Shown one piece after another: positions 11,601 through 21,471 of a stretch of DNA of 64,000 bases (its first letter is position 1; each line of letters begins with the position of its first letter). Origin of the DNA: an uncultured Actinomycetota bacterium (GTDB taxonomy: Bacteria > Actinomycetota > Actinomycetes > Mycobacteriales > CADCTP01); assembly GCA_963849885.1 (NCBI GenBank), contig CAWKIV010000021.1:17064-81063 (forward strand), read 5' to 3'. The notes below the pieces were generated by a model, which was given only the letters and a program-made list of their open reading frames with translations, did no database searches and had not been told where the DNA came from. The position numbers were made by a program, and so were the translations under genes.

Positions 11601-12692
11601 ATGACGTTGACTCGGCCAAGATCGGCGGGGAAGCCGCCCACCCTGGCCCTGGTCGGGGCGACCGGCGCGGTCGGCACGGTGATGCTGGGCATCCTGTCCG
11701 AGCGGCCGTTCCCGTGGGGCGAGATCCGGCTGGTCGCCTCGCCGCGCTCGGCCGGTCGGCGGCTGCGGGTGCGCGGCGCGGAGGTCGAGGTCCGGGCGCT
11801 CGCGCCGGAGGTCTTCGACGGCGTCGACGTGGCCATGTTCGACGTGCCGGACGCGGTGTCGGCGGAGTGGGCGCCGGTCGCGGCCGGTCGCGGCGCGGTG
11901 GTGGTGGACAACTCCGGGGCGTTCCGGATGGACCCGGACGTGCCGCTGGTGGTGCCGGAGGTCAACGCGGACGCGGCCCGGGTGCGCCCGCGCGGGATCA
12001 TCGCCAACCCCAACTGCACGACGCTGACCATGATGGCGGCGATGGGCGCGCTGCACCGGCGGTGGGGGCTGCGGGAGCTGGTCGTGGCGTCGTACCAGGC
12101 CGCCTCCGGTGCCGGGCAGGAGGGCATCGAGCGGCTGTACGACGAGCTGGCCGCGGTCGGCGGCGACCGCACGCTCGGCGTCGAGGCCGGCGACGTGCGC
12201 AAGGCGCTGGCCGGGCTGCCGGACGCCTCGCCGTTCCCGGCCCCGCTGGCGCTCAACGTGGTGCCGTGGGCCGGCTCGGCCCGGGACGCGGGCTGGTCGT
12301 CGGAGGAGCTGAAGGTCCGCAACGAGTCCCGCAAGATCCTCGGCATCCCCGACCTGCCGGTGTCCGCGACCTGCGTACGGGTCCCGGTGGTCACCACCCA
12401 CTCGCTGGCCGTGCACGCCCGCTTCGCCGGCCCGGTGACCGTGGCCGAGGCCCGGGCGGTGCTGGCCGAGCAGCCGTCGGTGGTCGTGCTGGACGACCCG
12501 GCGGCCGGGATCATGCCGACCCCGGCCGACGTGGTCGGCACCGACCCGACCTACGTCGGCCGGCTGCGCCAGGCCCTCGACTTCCCGGACGCGCTCGACT
12601 TCTTCGTGGTCGGCGACAACCTGCGCAAGGGCGCCGCCCTCAACACCGCCGAGATCGCCGAAGTCGTCGCCACCGAGTTGTCCACAGCCTGA
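11601..12692 (+). CDS. asd: aspartate-semialdehyde dehydrogenase
   Basis: [14 protein letters not shown] Rossmann motif and active-site IIANPNCTT. Immediately downstream of ask. Confidence 0.95.
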   Translation: MTLTRPRSAGKPPTLALVGATGAVGTVMLGILSERPFPWGEIRLVASPRSAGRRLRVRGAEVEVRALAPEVFDGVDVAMFDVPDAVSAEWAPVAAGRGAVVVDNSGAFRMDPDVPLVVPEVNADAARVRPRGIIANPNCTTLTMMAAMGALHRRWGLRELVVASYQAASGAGQEGIERLYDELAAVGGDRTLGVEAGDVRKALAGLPDASPFPAPLALNVVPWAGSARDAGWSSEELKVRNESRKILGIPDLPVSATCVRVPVVTTHSLAVHARFAGPVTVAEARAVLAEQPSVVVLDDPAAGIMPTPADVVGTDPTYVGRLRQALDFPDALDFFVVGDNLRKGAALNTAEIAEVVATELSTA

Positions 12693-12820
12693 GAACGGCG
12701 TCCTGTGCGGTCGGGCCGGGACCGCCGACGTGGTGGATGCCAGCGTCGTGGTCCCGGCCGAGCTGCTGCGAGCATCCGGGCAGCGTTCCGGTGGCGCGGA
12801 TCTGATCGGACCGGTCGGGT

Positions 12821-13621
12821 CTACGGCTTGCGGAAGCGGGCGTCGAGGAAGCAGAAGACGCCGAAGCAGGCGACGCCGAACGCCACGATGAGCAGCAGCG
12901 CGGTGCCGTACGGCTGGTCGGCGAGCGTGCCGAGCGCGGTGTCCAGGCCGGTCGCCTTCTGCGGGTCGTGCTGGACCGCCGCGACGACGATCAGCACGCC
13001 CACGATGCCGTACGCGACGCCGAGGGCGATGTAGCCGACCTGGCCGAGCCGGGTGGTGAGGGTGCGGACGGCCGGCGAGGCGGTCGCCAGGTCGAGGTCG
13101 CGGAGGAACCTGCGCTTGAAGCCCTTGATGAAGAGGTAGACCGCGGCACCGACGACCACGAGGCCGGCCACCGCGACGAGCACCTGCCCGGCCGGCGCGT
13201 CCAGGACCTTGGCGGTGAAGCCGGCCTGGTCCTGGTTGGACTGGGCCTTGCCGCCGGAGGCGACCTTGACCGCGCTGTAGCCGAGGAAGCCGAAGACCAC
13301 CGCCTCGGCGACGTGGGCGACCCGGCGGAGCGGGCCGCCGAAGGACTTGCGGCCCCAGATCGCCTCGCCGAGCTGCCACAGCGCCAGCGCGAAGAGGCTG
13401 ACGCCGACCACCCAGAGCAGCGCCTCGCCCCAGGACTCGCCCGAGATCTCCGTGATCGCGCCGTCCTTGCTGGCCTGCTCGCCGCTGCCCAGCGCGACCT
13501 GCGCGGCCAGCCAGGCGATCAGCAGGTTGACGATGCCGTAGCCGATCAGGCCGATCCGGCCGAGCAGCACCAACCACTTGTTGTCGGCGACCCGAGCAAC
13601 CGACTGCGTCCCGGCTGTCAC
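12821..13621 (-). CDS. DUF1206 domain-containing membrane protein
   Basis: Three repeated two-TM units (LLGRIGLIGYGIVNLLIAWLA..., VAEAVVFGFLGYSAVKVA..., LGQVGYIALGVAYGIVGVLIV...). Confidence 0.8.
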   Translation of the reverse strand: MTAGTQSVARVADNKWLVLLGRIGLIGYGIVNLLIAWLAAQVALGSGEQASKDGAITEISGESWGEALLWVVGVSLFALALWQLGEAIWGRKSFGGPLRRVAHVAEAVVFGFLGYSAVKVASGGKAQSNQDQAGFTAKVLDAPAGQVLVAVAGLVVVGAAVYLFIKGFKRRFLRDLDLATASPAVRTLTTRLGQVGYIALGVAYGIVGVLIVVAAVQHDPQKATGLDTALGTLADQPYGTALLLIVAFGVACFGVFCFLDARFRKP

Positions 13622-13706
13622 GCCGTACCTCCTCCATCGGCCCCCGCGATCCTGCCCAGCCTTTACCCGACCCCCTCCCGCGCGAATCCGCGCCTATCCT
13701 GACCAG

Positions 13707-13916
13707 GTGCCCCGCTACGAGTACCGCTGCCGCGAGTGCACCGAGACCTTCGAGCTGTCCCGGCCGATGGCCGAGTCGGCGCTGCCGGCCAGCTGCCCCG
13801 CCGGCCACGCCGACGCGGTCCGGCTGCTGTCCACGGTCGCGCTGACCGGCGCCGGCGCCGGCGCTCCCGCCCCGCGGGCCGGCGGCTGCTGCGGCGGGGC
13901 CTGCGGCTGCGGCTGA
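13707..13916 (+). CDS. FmdB-family zinc-ribbon protein
   Basis: VPRYEYRCRECTETFELSRPMAES...SCPAGH, with a Cys/Gly-rich tail CCGGACGCG. GTG start at 13707. Confidence 0.8.
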   Translation: MPRYEYRCRECTETFELSRPMAESALPASCPAGHADAVRLLSTVALTGAGAGAPAPRAGGCCGGACGCG

Positions 13917-13919
13917 GCG

Positions 13920-14291
13920 GTGGGCTGGCGGCTGCTCGCCGACGGCGTCGCGCTCGGGCACGGCGCCTTCCTCGCGTACGTCGTGGTCGGCGGCCTGGTC
14001 GCGCTGCGCTGGCCGCGCACGCTGCCGCTGCACGTCGCGGCCGCGCTGTGGGGGCTGCTGGTGATCGCCGCCTCGGTGCGGTGCCCGCTGACCGTCGCGG
14101 AGGACCGGCTGCGGGTGCTGGGCGGGGAGGCGCCGCTCCCCGGCGGCTTCATCGACCGGTACGTCGAGGGCGTGCTCTACCCGACCGCGCTCACCCCGCT
14201 GGTGCAGGCGCTGGTCGCGGCGCTGGTGCTCGGCTCCTGGGCGGCGCTGCTCAGCCGGTCCCGGTCCCGGTCCGGCGCCCGGGCGGCCTGA
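13920..14291 (+). CDS. DUF2784 domain-containing membrane protein
   Basis: GHGAFLAYVVVGGLVALRWPR...RCPLTVAEDRLR...GGFIDRYVEGVLYP. Confidence 0.75.
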   Translation: MGWRLLADGVALGHGAFLAYVVVGGLVALRWPRTLPLHVAAALWGLLVIAASVRCPLTVAEDRLRVLGGEAPLPGGFIDRYVEGVLYPTALTPLVQALVAALVLGSWAALLSRSRSRSGARAA

Positions 14292-14383
14292 GCACCCGGT
14301 CCAGGAAGGACGCGGTGGCGGCGGCTCGCCGGCCGAGGTGTGAAGCCCGGGTAGCGACCGGGACCGGCGGGTAGGCCTCCGGC

Positions 14384-14593
14384 GTGGGTCGGGACCTGGT
14401 CGAGCCGGAGGGCGTCAACGCGGGCTCCGCGGACGCCCAGCGGGAGGCCGGCCCGCCCAGCGGCGATCCGGTGGCCGGCGGCGACGCGGACGCCGGCCCG
14501 GCCGGACCGGAGCCCGCGGACGAGGTGCTCGGCGCCCCGCCGGAGCCGGCCGGCGACGTCGACGGCGTCTTCGGCGCCGAGCCGCCGGCCTAG
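14384..14593 (+). CDS. small acidic low-complexity hypothetical protein
   Basis: A 69-codon ORF in an otherwise empty 300-nt gap. Nearly every third codon position is G or C, which is a coding-like bias in this genome. No recognisable domain. Confidence 0.3.
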   Translation: MGRDLVEPEGVNAGSADAQREAGPPSGDPVAGGDADAGPAGPEPADEVLGAPPEPAGDVDGVFGAEPPA

Positions 14594-15078
14594 ACCACGG
14601 GGCTGCGGCGCTCCAGCAGGACCACGTCCCGCCAGCGCCCGTGCAGCCGCCCGACCCGCTCCCGGATCCCGACCTCGCGGAAGCCGACCGCCCGGTGCAG
14701 GGCGAGACTGGCCGCGTTCTCCGGGAAGATGCCGGTCTGCACGGTCCAGATCCCGGCCCGCTCGGTCGAGGCGACCAGCGCGCTGAGCAGCGCCCGGCCG
14801 ACGCCCCGGCCGCGGGCGGCCGCGGCGAGGTAGATGCTGTCCTCGACCACCCCGGCGTACGCCGGCCGGGGCGAGGTCGGGGACACCGCGGCCCAGCCGA
14901 CCACCTCACCGCCGTCCGCCGCGACCAGCCGGTGCTCGGCCGGGTGGCCGGCGGCCCACCGCGGCCAGGACGGCACCTCGGTCTCGAAGGTGGCGTCGCC
15001 GGTGGCGATACCGGCGGCGTAGACGGCGGCGACGGCCGGCCAGTCCGCCGCGGTCATCAGCCGGGTCGTCACGGTCAC
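14590..15078 (-). CDS. GNAT family N-acetyltransferase (phosphinothricin-acetyltransferase-like)
   Basis: ATFETEVPSWPRW...VVGWAAVSP...YLAAAARGRGVGRALLSALV...FPENAASLALHRAVGFREVG. Confidence 0.85.
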   Translation of the reverse strand: MTVTTRLMTAADWPAVAAVYAAGIATGDATFETEVPSWPRWAAGHPAEHRLVAADGGEVVGWAAVSPTSPRPAYAGVVEDSIYLAAAARGRGVGRALLSALVASTERAGIWTVQTGIFPENAASLALHRAVGFREVGIRERVGRLHGRWRDVVLLERRSPVV

Positions 15079-15189
15079 GGTCCGAGGGTAGGCCCGGCCG
15101 GCTCGACGGGTGGACCGAGAGTGGGGAGACTGCCGGGTTCGCCTCGGCCTACGTCACCGACGACGTGGCGTACCGGCTGCTGCACCCTG

Positions 15190-15480
15190 GTGCCGATCGC
15201 CGGTGTCGCTGACGCTCGCCGCCGGCGTGCCCGACGCCTTCGCGGACGGGGACTTCACTCTGGTCACCGTTGGCTACGTGGTGATGCGGGTGCCGCTGGT
15301 GGTGCAGTGGCTGCGGGTCGCCCGGGACGACCCGGCCCGGCGGGCGGTAGCGTTGCGCTACGCCGCCGGGATCGCGCTGGTGCAGGTGGGCTGGCTGCTG
15401 CGGCTGGCGCTGCCGGAGGGCTGGGGCCTGGCCGGCTTCCTGGTGCTCGCGCTGGTGCTGCTGGTCGCGCTGCTGCCGCT
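15190..15480 (+). pseudogene. LtrA (low temperature requirement A)-like membrane protein fragment
   Basis: DAFADGDFTLVTVGYVVMRVPLVVQWLRVARDDPARRAVALRYAAGIALVQVGWLL resembles an internal LtrA segment. There is no credible start or C-terminal half. Confidence 0.35.
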
Positions 15481-16149
15481 GCCGGTGGCGGTGGTGGCGG
15501 CCGGCGTGGCGCTCGGCAGCGCTGGTGCTGGCCGACGTGGTCGCCGAGCCACCGGGTCGGCCGCCGGGGCGAGAGGGATAGCCCGGTACTCGGCGTCGGC
15601 GGATGACCTGGTCGCTGTGCCGTCGAGGGTCGCGAACGTCGGGACCTCGGGACGGAGCGGCATGCGAGAGGCCGAGCTGCGGCCGGCGGCGTCCCGGTGC
15701 CCGGCGGCGAGCCCGGCGGCTGAGACCGGGCCGTGCCCGAGCGCCCCCGCTGGCGAGCTGGTTGGCCCGCCGCGCGGATGTCCGTTCCGACGAACGCGTC
15801 GACGGCGTGCCACGGGGCCGAGGCGAGGGCCGTGACCACCGTCCGGACCCTCCGGCAGGGCTGAACAGCCGATGCGCCCCCGTCCGGCGCGCACGGAAGA
15901 CCTTCAAGATACGGTTCGGCCTGGTCCACGGGCGCCGGTCGCCAGCCTGGGGGATCGTTCCGGCGGCGTCGGTCATGGCGCCGTGCGAGCCGGCGACGGT
16001 CAGCGCCGGCGGCCAGGTCGCCCGCTGGCTCCAGGCAGACGGACGGCCGTCGCACTCGCGCTGCGCCGGCCCGGTCGGGGTCCGCCTGACGCGCCGCGGT
16101 CAAGGCGGCCGTCGAGGTCGTGCGCCGGCGGGTGGTCGGGGAAGCGTCG

Positions 16150-16485
16150 GCCTGCCCGCGCGCGCCCGGCTCGGCCACCAGCATGTACCGGTGCCGGCAC
16201 ACCGAGGACAGCGCCCGGACCACGCCGTCCGCCCCGCGCACGACGACGATCGGCTCCCCGGCGAGCTCGAGGGAGAGGTAGTCGCCGGGGTGGCGGACCT
16301 GGTCCGCGCTGGCGACGAGCAGCCACTCGCGGCGGAGGATCCGGGCGAGCTCGGCGTCGTAGCAGCCGGGATCGCGGTACGCCGCCGCGGGCAGCGTGCG
16401 GTCCGGACCGGTGCGGTCGCCCGAAAACATCCGATGAATCGTATCGCCGACCTCGATACACCCTTCGTGATCGATCGGGTGCATC
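16150..16485 (-). pseudogene. Rieske (2Fe-2S) ring-hydroxylating oxygenase alpha subunit, N-terminal remnant, frame-disrupted
   Basis: YRDPGCYDAELARILRREWLLVASADQVRHPGDYLSLELAGEPIVVVRGADGVVRALSSVCRHR. The frame degenerates before the second CxxH half of the Rieske motif. Confidence 0.6.
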
Positions 16486-16538
16486 AGGTTGTCAGGCCAC
16501 AGCCGCGGCGCCACTGGACCACCGGGCAGGATGGGGAC

Positions 16539-19049
16539 GTGGACCTCCTCCAGCTGCTGCCTGCCGAGCCGGAGCCGGACGCCCTGTTCGAGGCGTTCGA
16601 GCTGTGGGCGAAGGACCGCGGGCTGGTGCTCTACCCGGCCCAGGAGGAGGCGCTGATCGAGGTCGTGTCGGGCGCCAACGTCATCCTGTCCACCCCGACC
16701 GGCTCCGGGAAGTCGCTGGTCGCGGCCGGCGCCCACTTCACCGCCCTGGCCCAGGGCCGGCAGACCTTCTACACCGCGCCGATCAAGGCGCTGGTGTCGG
16801 AGAAGTTCTTCGACCTGTGCGAGACCTTCGGCACCGCCAACGTCGGCATGATGACCGGCGACGCCGCGGTCAACGGGCAGGCGCCGATCGTCTGCTGCAC
16901 CGCCGAGGTGCTGGCCAACATCGCGCTGCGGGACGGGCCGGCGTCGGACATCGGCCAGGTGGTGATGGACGAGTTCCACTTCTACGCCGACCCGGACCGC
17001 GGCTGGGCCTGGCAGGTGCCGCTGCTGGAGCTGCCGCGGGCCCAGTTCCTGCTCATGTCGGCGACGCTCGGCGACGTCAGCCGGTTCGAGACCGACCTGA
17101 CCCGGCGCACCGGCCGGCCGACCGCGGTGGTGCGCTCCGCGGTGCGCCCGGTGCCGCTGTTCTACGCGTACCGGACCACGCCGATGCACGAGACCCTGCA
17201 GGATCTGCTGGACACCCGGCAGGCCCCGGTCTACGTCGTGCACTTCACCCAGGCCGCCGCGGTGGAGCGGGCGCAGGCGCTGATGAGCATCAACGTGTCC
17301 ACCCGGGCCGAGAAGGACCAGATCGCCGACCTCATCGGCGCCTTCCGGTTCACCACCGGCTTCGGCCGGACGCTGTCCCGGCTGGTCCGGCACGGCATCG
17401 GGGTGCACCACGCCGGGATGCTGCCGAAGTACCGCCGGCTGGTCGAGCGGCTGGCCCAGGCCGGCCTGCTCAAGGTCGTCTGCGGCACCGACACCCTGGG
17501 CGTCGGCGTCAACGTGCCGATCCGGACCGTGCTGTTCACCGGACTGTCCAAGTACGACGGCCAGCGGACCCGGCTGCTCACCGCGCGCGAGTTCCACCAG
17601 ATCGCCGGCCGGGCCGGCCGCGCCGGCTTCGACACCGCCGGCTCGGTGGTCGCGCAGGCCCCCGAGCACGTCATCGAGAACGAGAAGGCGCTGGCCAAGG
17701 CCGGCGACGACCCGAAGAAGCGGCGCAAGGTGGTGCGCAAGAAGCCGCCGGAGGGCGCGATCGGCTGGGGCGAGCCGACCTTCACCCGACTGGTCGAGGC
17801 CGAGCCGGAGCCGCTCACCTCCCAGTTCCGGGTGTCGCACGCGATGCTGCTCAACGTGATCGCCCGGCCCGGGGACGCGTTCACGGCGATGCGGCACCTG
17901 CTCGAGGACAACCACTCGGACCGGCCGACCCAGCGCCGGCTGATCCGCGAGGCCATCGCGATCTACCGCTCGCTGCTGGCCGCCGGCGTGGTCGAGCGAC
18001 TGTCCACACCGGACGCCGAGGGTCGCTCGGTCCGGCTCACCGTCGACCTGCAGGAGAATTTCGCGCTCAACCAGCCGCTGTCCACCTTCGCGCTGGCCGT
18101 GATCGAGCTGCTGGACCGGCAGTCGGAGTCGTACGCGCTGGACGTCGTGTCGGTGATCGAGTCCACTCTGGACCAGCCGCGGCAGGTGCTGTCCGCGCAG
18201 GAGCACAAGGCGCGCGGCGAGGCGATCGCGGCCATGAAGGCCGAGGGGATCGAGTACGACGAGCGGATGGAGCGGCTGCAGGAGGTCACCTACCCCAAGC
18301 CGCTGGTCGAGCTGCTCGACGGCGCGTACGAGACGTACCGGCGGGGTCACCCGTGGGTGGCCGACCACGAGCTGGCCCCGAAGTCGGTGGTGCGGGACCT
18401 GTGGGAGCAGGCGATGACCTTCGCCGACTTCGTCCAGCACTACCAGCTGGCCCGGTCCGAGGGGATCGTGCTGCGCTACCTGGCCGGCGCGTACAAGGCG
18501 CTGCAGCAGACCGTCCCGGCCGAGGCGAAGACCGACGAGCTGCTGGACGTCATCGCCTGGCTGGGCGAGCTGGTCCGGCAGGTCGACTCCAGCCTGCTGG
18601 ACGAGTGGGAGCAGCTGGCCAACCCGGAGACCGCGGTGGCCGCGGACAGCGAGATCGAGGCGGCGCCGCCGGCGGTCACCACCAACCGGCGGGCGTTCCG
18701 GGTGCTGGTCCGCAACGCGCTGTTCCGCCGGGTCGAGCTGGCCGCGCTGCGCCGGTACGGCGACCTGGGCGAGCTGGACGGCGAGGACGGCTGGGACGCC
18801 CGGGCCTGGGCGGACGCGCTGGAGCCGTACTTCGCCGAGCACGGCACGCTGCTCACCGGCGCCGACGCGCGCGGGCCGGCGCTGCTGCTGGTGGACGAGC
18901 GGCCGGACCGCTGGCTGGTCCGGCAGGTCTTCGACGACCCGGCCGGTGACCACGACTGGGGGATCGGCGCCGAGGTCGACCTGGCCGGCTCGGACGCGGC
19001 CGGCCGGGCCGCGGTGCACGTGGTCGCGGTCGACCGGCTGGGCGGCTGA
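16539..19049 (+). CDS. DEAD/DEAH-box (Ski2-like) helicase with a DUF3516 C-terminal region
   Basis: Motif I STPTGSGKS, motif II MDEFH, SAT-like MSATLG, motif VI HQIAGRAGRAG, and a long C-terminal conserved region. The start is uncertain (GTG 16539 preferred; in-frame ATG at 16434 possible). Confidence 0.9.
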   Translation: MDLLQLLPAEPEPDALFEAFELWAKDRGLVLYPAQEEALIEVVSGANVILSTPTGSGKSLVAAGAHFTALAQGRQTFYTAPIKALVSEKFFDLCETFGTANVGMMTGDAAVNGQAPIVCCTAEVLANIALRDGPASDIGQVVMDEFHFYADPDRGWAWQVPLLELPRAQFLLMSATLGDVSRFETDLTRRTGRPTAVVRSAVRPVPLFYAYRTTPMHETLQDLLDTRQAPVYVVHFTQAAAVERAQALMSINVSTRAEKDQIADLIGAFRFTTGFGRTLSRLVRHGIGVHHAGMLPKYRRLVERLAQAGLLKVVCGTDTLGVGVNVPIRTVLFTGLSKYDGQRTRLLTAREFHQIAGRAGRAGFDTAGSVVAQAPEHVIENEKALAKAGDDPKKRRKVVRKKPPEGAIGWGEPTFTRLVEAEPEPLTSQFRVSHAMLLNVIARPGDAFTAMRHLLEDNHSDRPTQRRLIREAIAIYRSLLAAGVVERLSTPDAEGRSVRLTVDLQENFALNQPLSTFALAVIELLDRQSESYALDVVSVIESTLDQPRQVLSAQEHKARGEAIAAMKAEGIEYDERMERLQEVTYPKPLVELLDGAYETYRRGHPWVADHELAPKSVVRDLWEQAMTFADFVQHYQLARSEGIVLRYLAGAYKALQQTVPAEAKTDELLDVIAWLGELVRQVDSSLLDEWEQLANPETAVAADSEIEAAPPAVTTNRRAFRVLVRNALFRRVELAALRRYGDLGELDGEDGWDARAWADALEPYFAEHGTLLTGADARGPALLLVDERPDRWLVRQVFDDPAGDHDWGIGAEVDLAGSDAAGRAAVHVVAVDRLGG

Positions 19050-19053
19050 GGCG

Positions 19054-19266
19054 GTGCGCCGGGTCCCGGTGGAGTCCAGCGCGGTCGTCTCGATCGGCTA
19101 CGACACGGCCACCAACGAGCTGGAGGTCGAGTACGCCGGCGGCGGGGTCTACCGCTACTACGGCGTCCCGGCCTCCCGGGTCGAGCAGCTGCTGACCGCG
19201 GCCAGCATCGGCCGCTACGTCACCGAGCACATCAAGCCGCGCTACCCGTGCGCGGAGATGGGCTGA
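19054..19266 (+). CDS. KTSC domain-containing protein
   Basis: VRRVPVESSAVVSIGYDTATNELEVEYAGGGVYRYYGVPASRVEQLLTAASIGRYV. GTG start 5 nt after the helicase stop. Confidence 0.8.
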   Translation: MRRVPVESSAVVSIGYDTATNELEVEYAGGGVYRYYGVPASRVEQLLTAASIGRYVTEHIKPRYPCAEMG

Positions 19267-19269
19267 GCC

Positions 19270-19941
19270 GTGGCCGGGCGGGAGGTGGCGGTGTCGCCGG
19301 AGCGGCTGGCCGGGTGGCTGGACCGGTTCGCCGGCCGGCACGGCGGGCTCGGGCCGGCCGCGGTCGACCCGGCCGCGGTGCTGGTGACGGCCGCGGACGG
19401 GGCGGTGGCCGAGTGCCGGGTGCCGTTCCCGCCGCTGGTCCCGGACCCCACCGACCCGTACGGCGGGCTGGTCGCGCACGCGCTGGTCGAGCGGCGGGTG
19501 GGCGTGCTGCTGGTGCGGCTGGGCGGGCACGCGGCCGGTGTCTTCGCCGGCGACCGGCTGCTCGCCTCCAAGGTCGGCTCCCGGCTGGTGCACGGCCGCA
19601 ACGCGGCCGGCGGGCAGTCCCAGCAGCGCTTCGCCCGCCGCCGGGAGGGCCAGGTCCGGGTCGCGCTGGCCGCCGCCGCGGACGTCGCGGCCGCGGTCCT
19701 GGTCCCGGCGGCAGCCACCCTGGACGCGGTGGTGCTCGGCGGGGACCGGCGTGCGGTCGACCCCGTGCTCGCCGACCCGCGGCTGGCCCCGCTGCGCCCG
19801 CTGGTGGTCGAGTCCCGGATCGACGTGCCCGACCCGCGGCTGAAGGTGCTGCAGGGCACGCCGGCCCTGTTCCGGGCGGTCCGCATCCGGCTGACCGAGC
19901 CCGGGCCGACTCCGGGTATGCTGCCCGGCCTTGGGGGATGA
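19270..19941 (+). CDS. acVLRF1-family (Vms1-like release factor) putative peptidyl-tRNA hydrolase
   Basis: VGVLLVRLGGHAAGVF...LVHGRNAAGGQSQQRFARRREGQ (GGQ-like catalytic loop)...VVLGGDRRAV. Start is 3 nt after the KTSC stop. Confidence 0.75.
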   Translation: MAGREVAVSPERLAGWLDRFAGRHGGLGPAAVDPAAVLVTAADGAVAECRVPFPPLVPDPTDPYGGLVAHALVERRVGVLLVRLGGHAAGVFAGDRLLASKVGSRLVHGRNAAGGQSQQRFARRREGQVRVALAAAADVAAAVLVPAAATLDAVVLGGDRRAVDPVLADPRLAPLRPLVVESRIDVPDPRLKVLQGTPALFRAVRIRLTEPGPTPGMLPGLGG

Positions 19942-21410
19942 CAGACCTTTTTCGAGCGATCTCGACAGGAAGCCAATTCGTGAAGCTCTCCCGCGTCGCC
20001 ATTGCCGCAGCCGTTATCGCCGGCGTCGTCACTCTCGGTGTCAGCTTGCTCTCGCCTGGTGGCGGAGCCGCACCGGTGCTGCCGCGGATCGTCAGCTCCA
20101 ACCCGGTCGACTACACGCCCAACATCGTGGGCGGCGACTGCTTCACCGGCGCCGACCCGGTGCTCTGCCGCCGGGTCAACGACATCGCCCGGATCGGCAA
20201 CACCGTCTACGCGGGCGGGGTGATCGGCGCCGTCCGCAAGCCGGATGGGACCTCTGCCGGGACGTACGGCAACGCCCTGTCGTTCGACGCGATCACCGGG
20301 GCGGTCAACACCGCCTTCCACCCGACCTTCACCGGGCAGACCGACCAGATCCAGGACGGCGCGGTCAACGCGGTCGAGCGCAGCACCGACGGCACCGCAG
20401 TGTGGTTCGGCGGTGACTTCAAGAAGGCGAACGGGGCGCCCGCGAAGGGCCTGGTGCGCTGGAACGTCGCCACCAACTCCCTGTCCACCACCTTCAAGCC
20501 GGCGATCGCGGCGGACAACAAGACGGCCAGGGTCTACGACGTCAAGTTCTTCTGCGGTCGCCTCTGGGTGGCCGGTGACTTCACCAACGCCGGCGGCGTC
20601 AACCGCACCGCGCTGGTCAGCCTCGACCCCAACACCGGCGCCGCGACCAGCCAGGTCAACCTCAACATCACCGGCACCGCGTCGGCCGAGGCCGGGCCGA
20701 CCCGGGTCTACAAGATCGCCCCGAGCCCCAACTGCAAGCGCGTCGTCATCACCGGCAACTTCACCAAGGTGATGGGCGTCGAGCGCTACCAGATCGCGAT
20801 GCTCAACGTCTCCGACACCGGCGTCGCCTCGCTGGCCAAGTGGTACGGCCTGACCTACTTCCGGGCCAGCCAGCCGGGCCTCGGTGCCAACCCGTGCGGG
20901 GACAGCCTGCCGGCCTGGACCCGGGACATCGACTGGGCCCCGGACGGCACCTGGTGGGCGCTGGCCGGCACCGGCGGCAACCGGCCGTACCCGGCGCTGT
21001 GCGACTCGGTCAGCCGGTGGACGAACAACGACGACACCCACGCCGTCCCGGTGTGGATCAACTACAGCGGCGGCGACACCTTCCTCAGCGTCCGGGTCAC
21101 CGGTGACCTCGTGTACGTCGGCGGCCACTTCAAGGCGCTCGACGCCGCGGTCTACCGCAACGGCGTCAAGGTCTACTCGGGCCCGGCCCACGCGCACGCC
21201 GGGCTCGGGATCATCCGGGCCACCTCCACCAGCGGGATGGCCCTGCCCGGCTGGAACGACGGCGCCGTCACCGGCCGCGGCGCCGGCTGGGGCGCGATGC
21301 TGGTGACCACCGGCGACAGCCGGCACGCGGCCGGCCTGTGGGTCGGCGGGGACAGCGACCTCATCCGCAACGAGACCGGCAAGCGGGTCGCGCTGCTGCC
21401 GATCACCTGA
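19938..21410 (+). CDS. secreted or membrane-anchored beta-propeller repeat protein (hypothetical)
   Basis: N-terminal hydrophobic segment VAIAAAVIAGVVTLGVSLL. Recurring blade motif: GGDFKKANGAPAKGLVRWN, AGDFTNAGGVNRTALVSLD, TGNFTKVMGVERYQIAMLN, GGHFKAL. Its ATG overlaps the acVLRF1 stop (ATGA). Confidence 0.7.
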   Translation: MTDLFRAISTGSQFVKLSRVAIAAAVIAGVVTLGVSLLSPGGGAAPVLPRIVSSNPVDYTPNIVGGDCFTGADPVLCRRVNDIARIGNTVYAGGVIGAVRKPDGTSAGTYGNALSFDAITGAVNTAFHPTFTGQTDQIQDGAVNAVERSTDGTAVWFGGDFKKANGAPAKGLVRWNVATNSLSTTFKPAIAADNKTARVYDVKFFCGRLWVAGDFTNAGGVNRTALVSLDPNTGAATSQVNLNITGTASAEAGPTRVYKIAPSPNCKRVVITGNFTKVMGVERYQIAMLNVSDTGVASLAKWYGLTYFRASQPGLGANPCGDSLPAWTRDIDWAPDGTWWALAGTGGNRPYPALCDSVSRWTNNDDTHAVPVWINYSGGDTFLSVRVTGDLVYVGGHFKALDAAVYRNGVKVYSGPAHAHAGLGIIRATSTSGMALPGWNDGAVTGRGAGWGAMLVTTGDSRHAAGLWVGGDSDLIRNETGKRVALLPIT

Positions 21411-21426
21411 TCGGTCCGAGCACGAC

Positions 21427-21456
21427 GAGGGGCCCGGCCGTCCGGCCGGGCCCCTC
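21427..21456. terminator. 13-bp perfect GC hairpin between convergent genes
   Basis: GAGGGGCCCGGCC-gtcc-GGCCGGGCCCCTC, between the beta-propeller gene stop (21410) and the protease gene stop (21472). Confidence 0.6.
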
Positions 21457-21471
21457 GCGCTCGCGGGCCGG

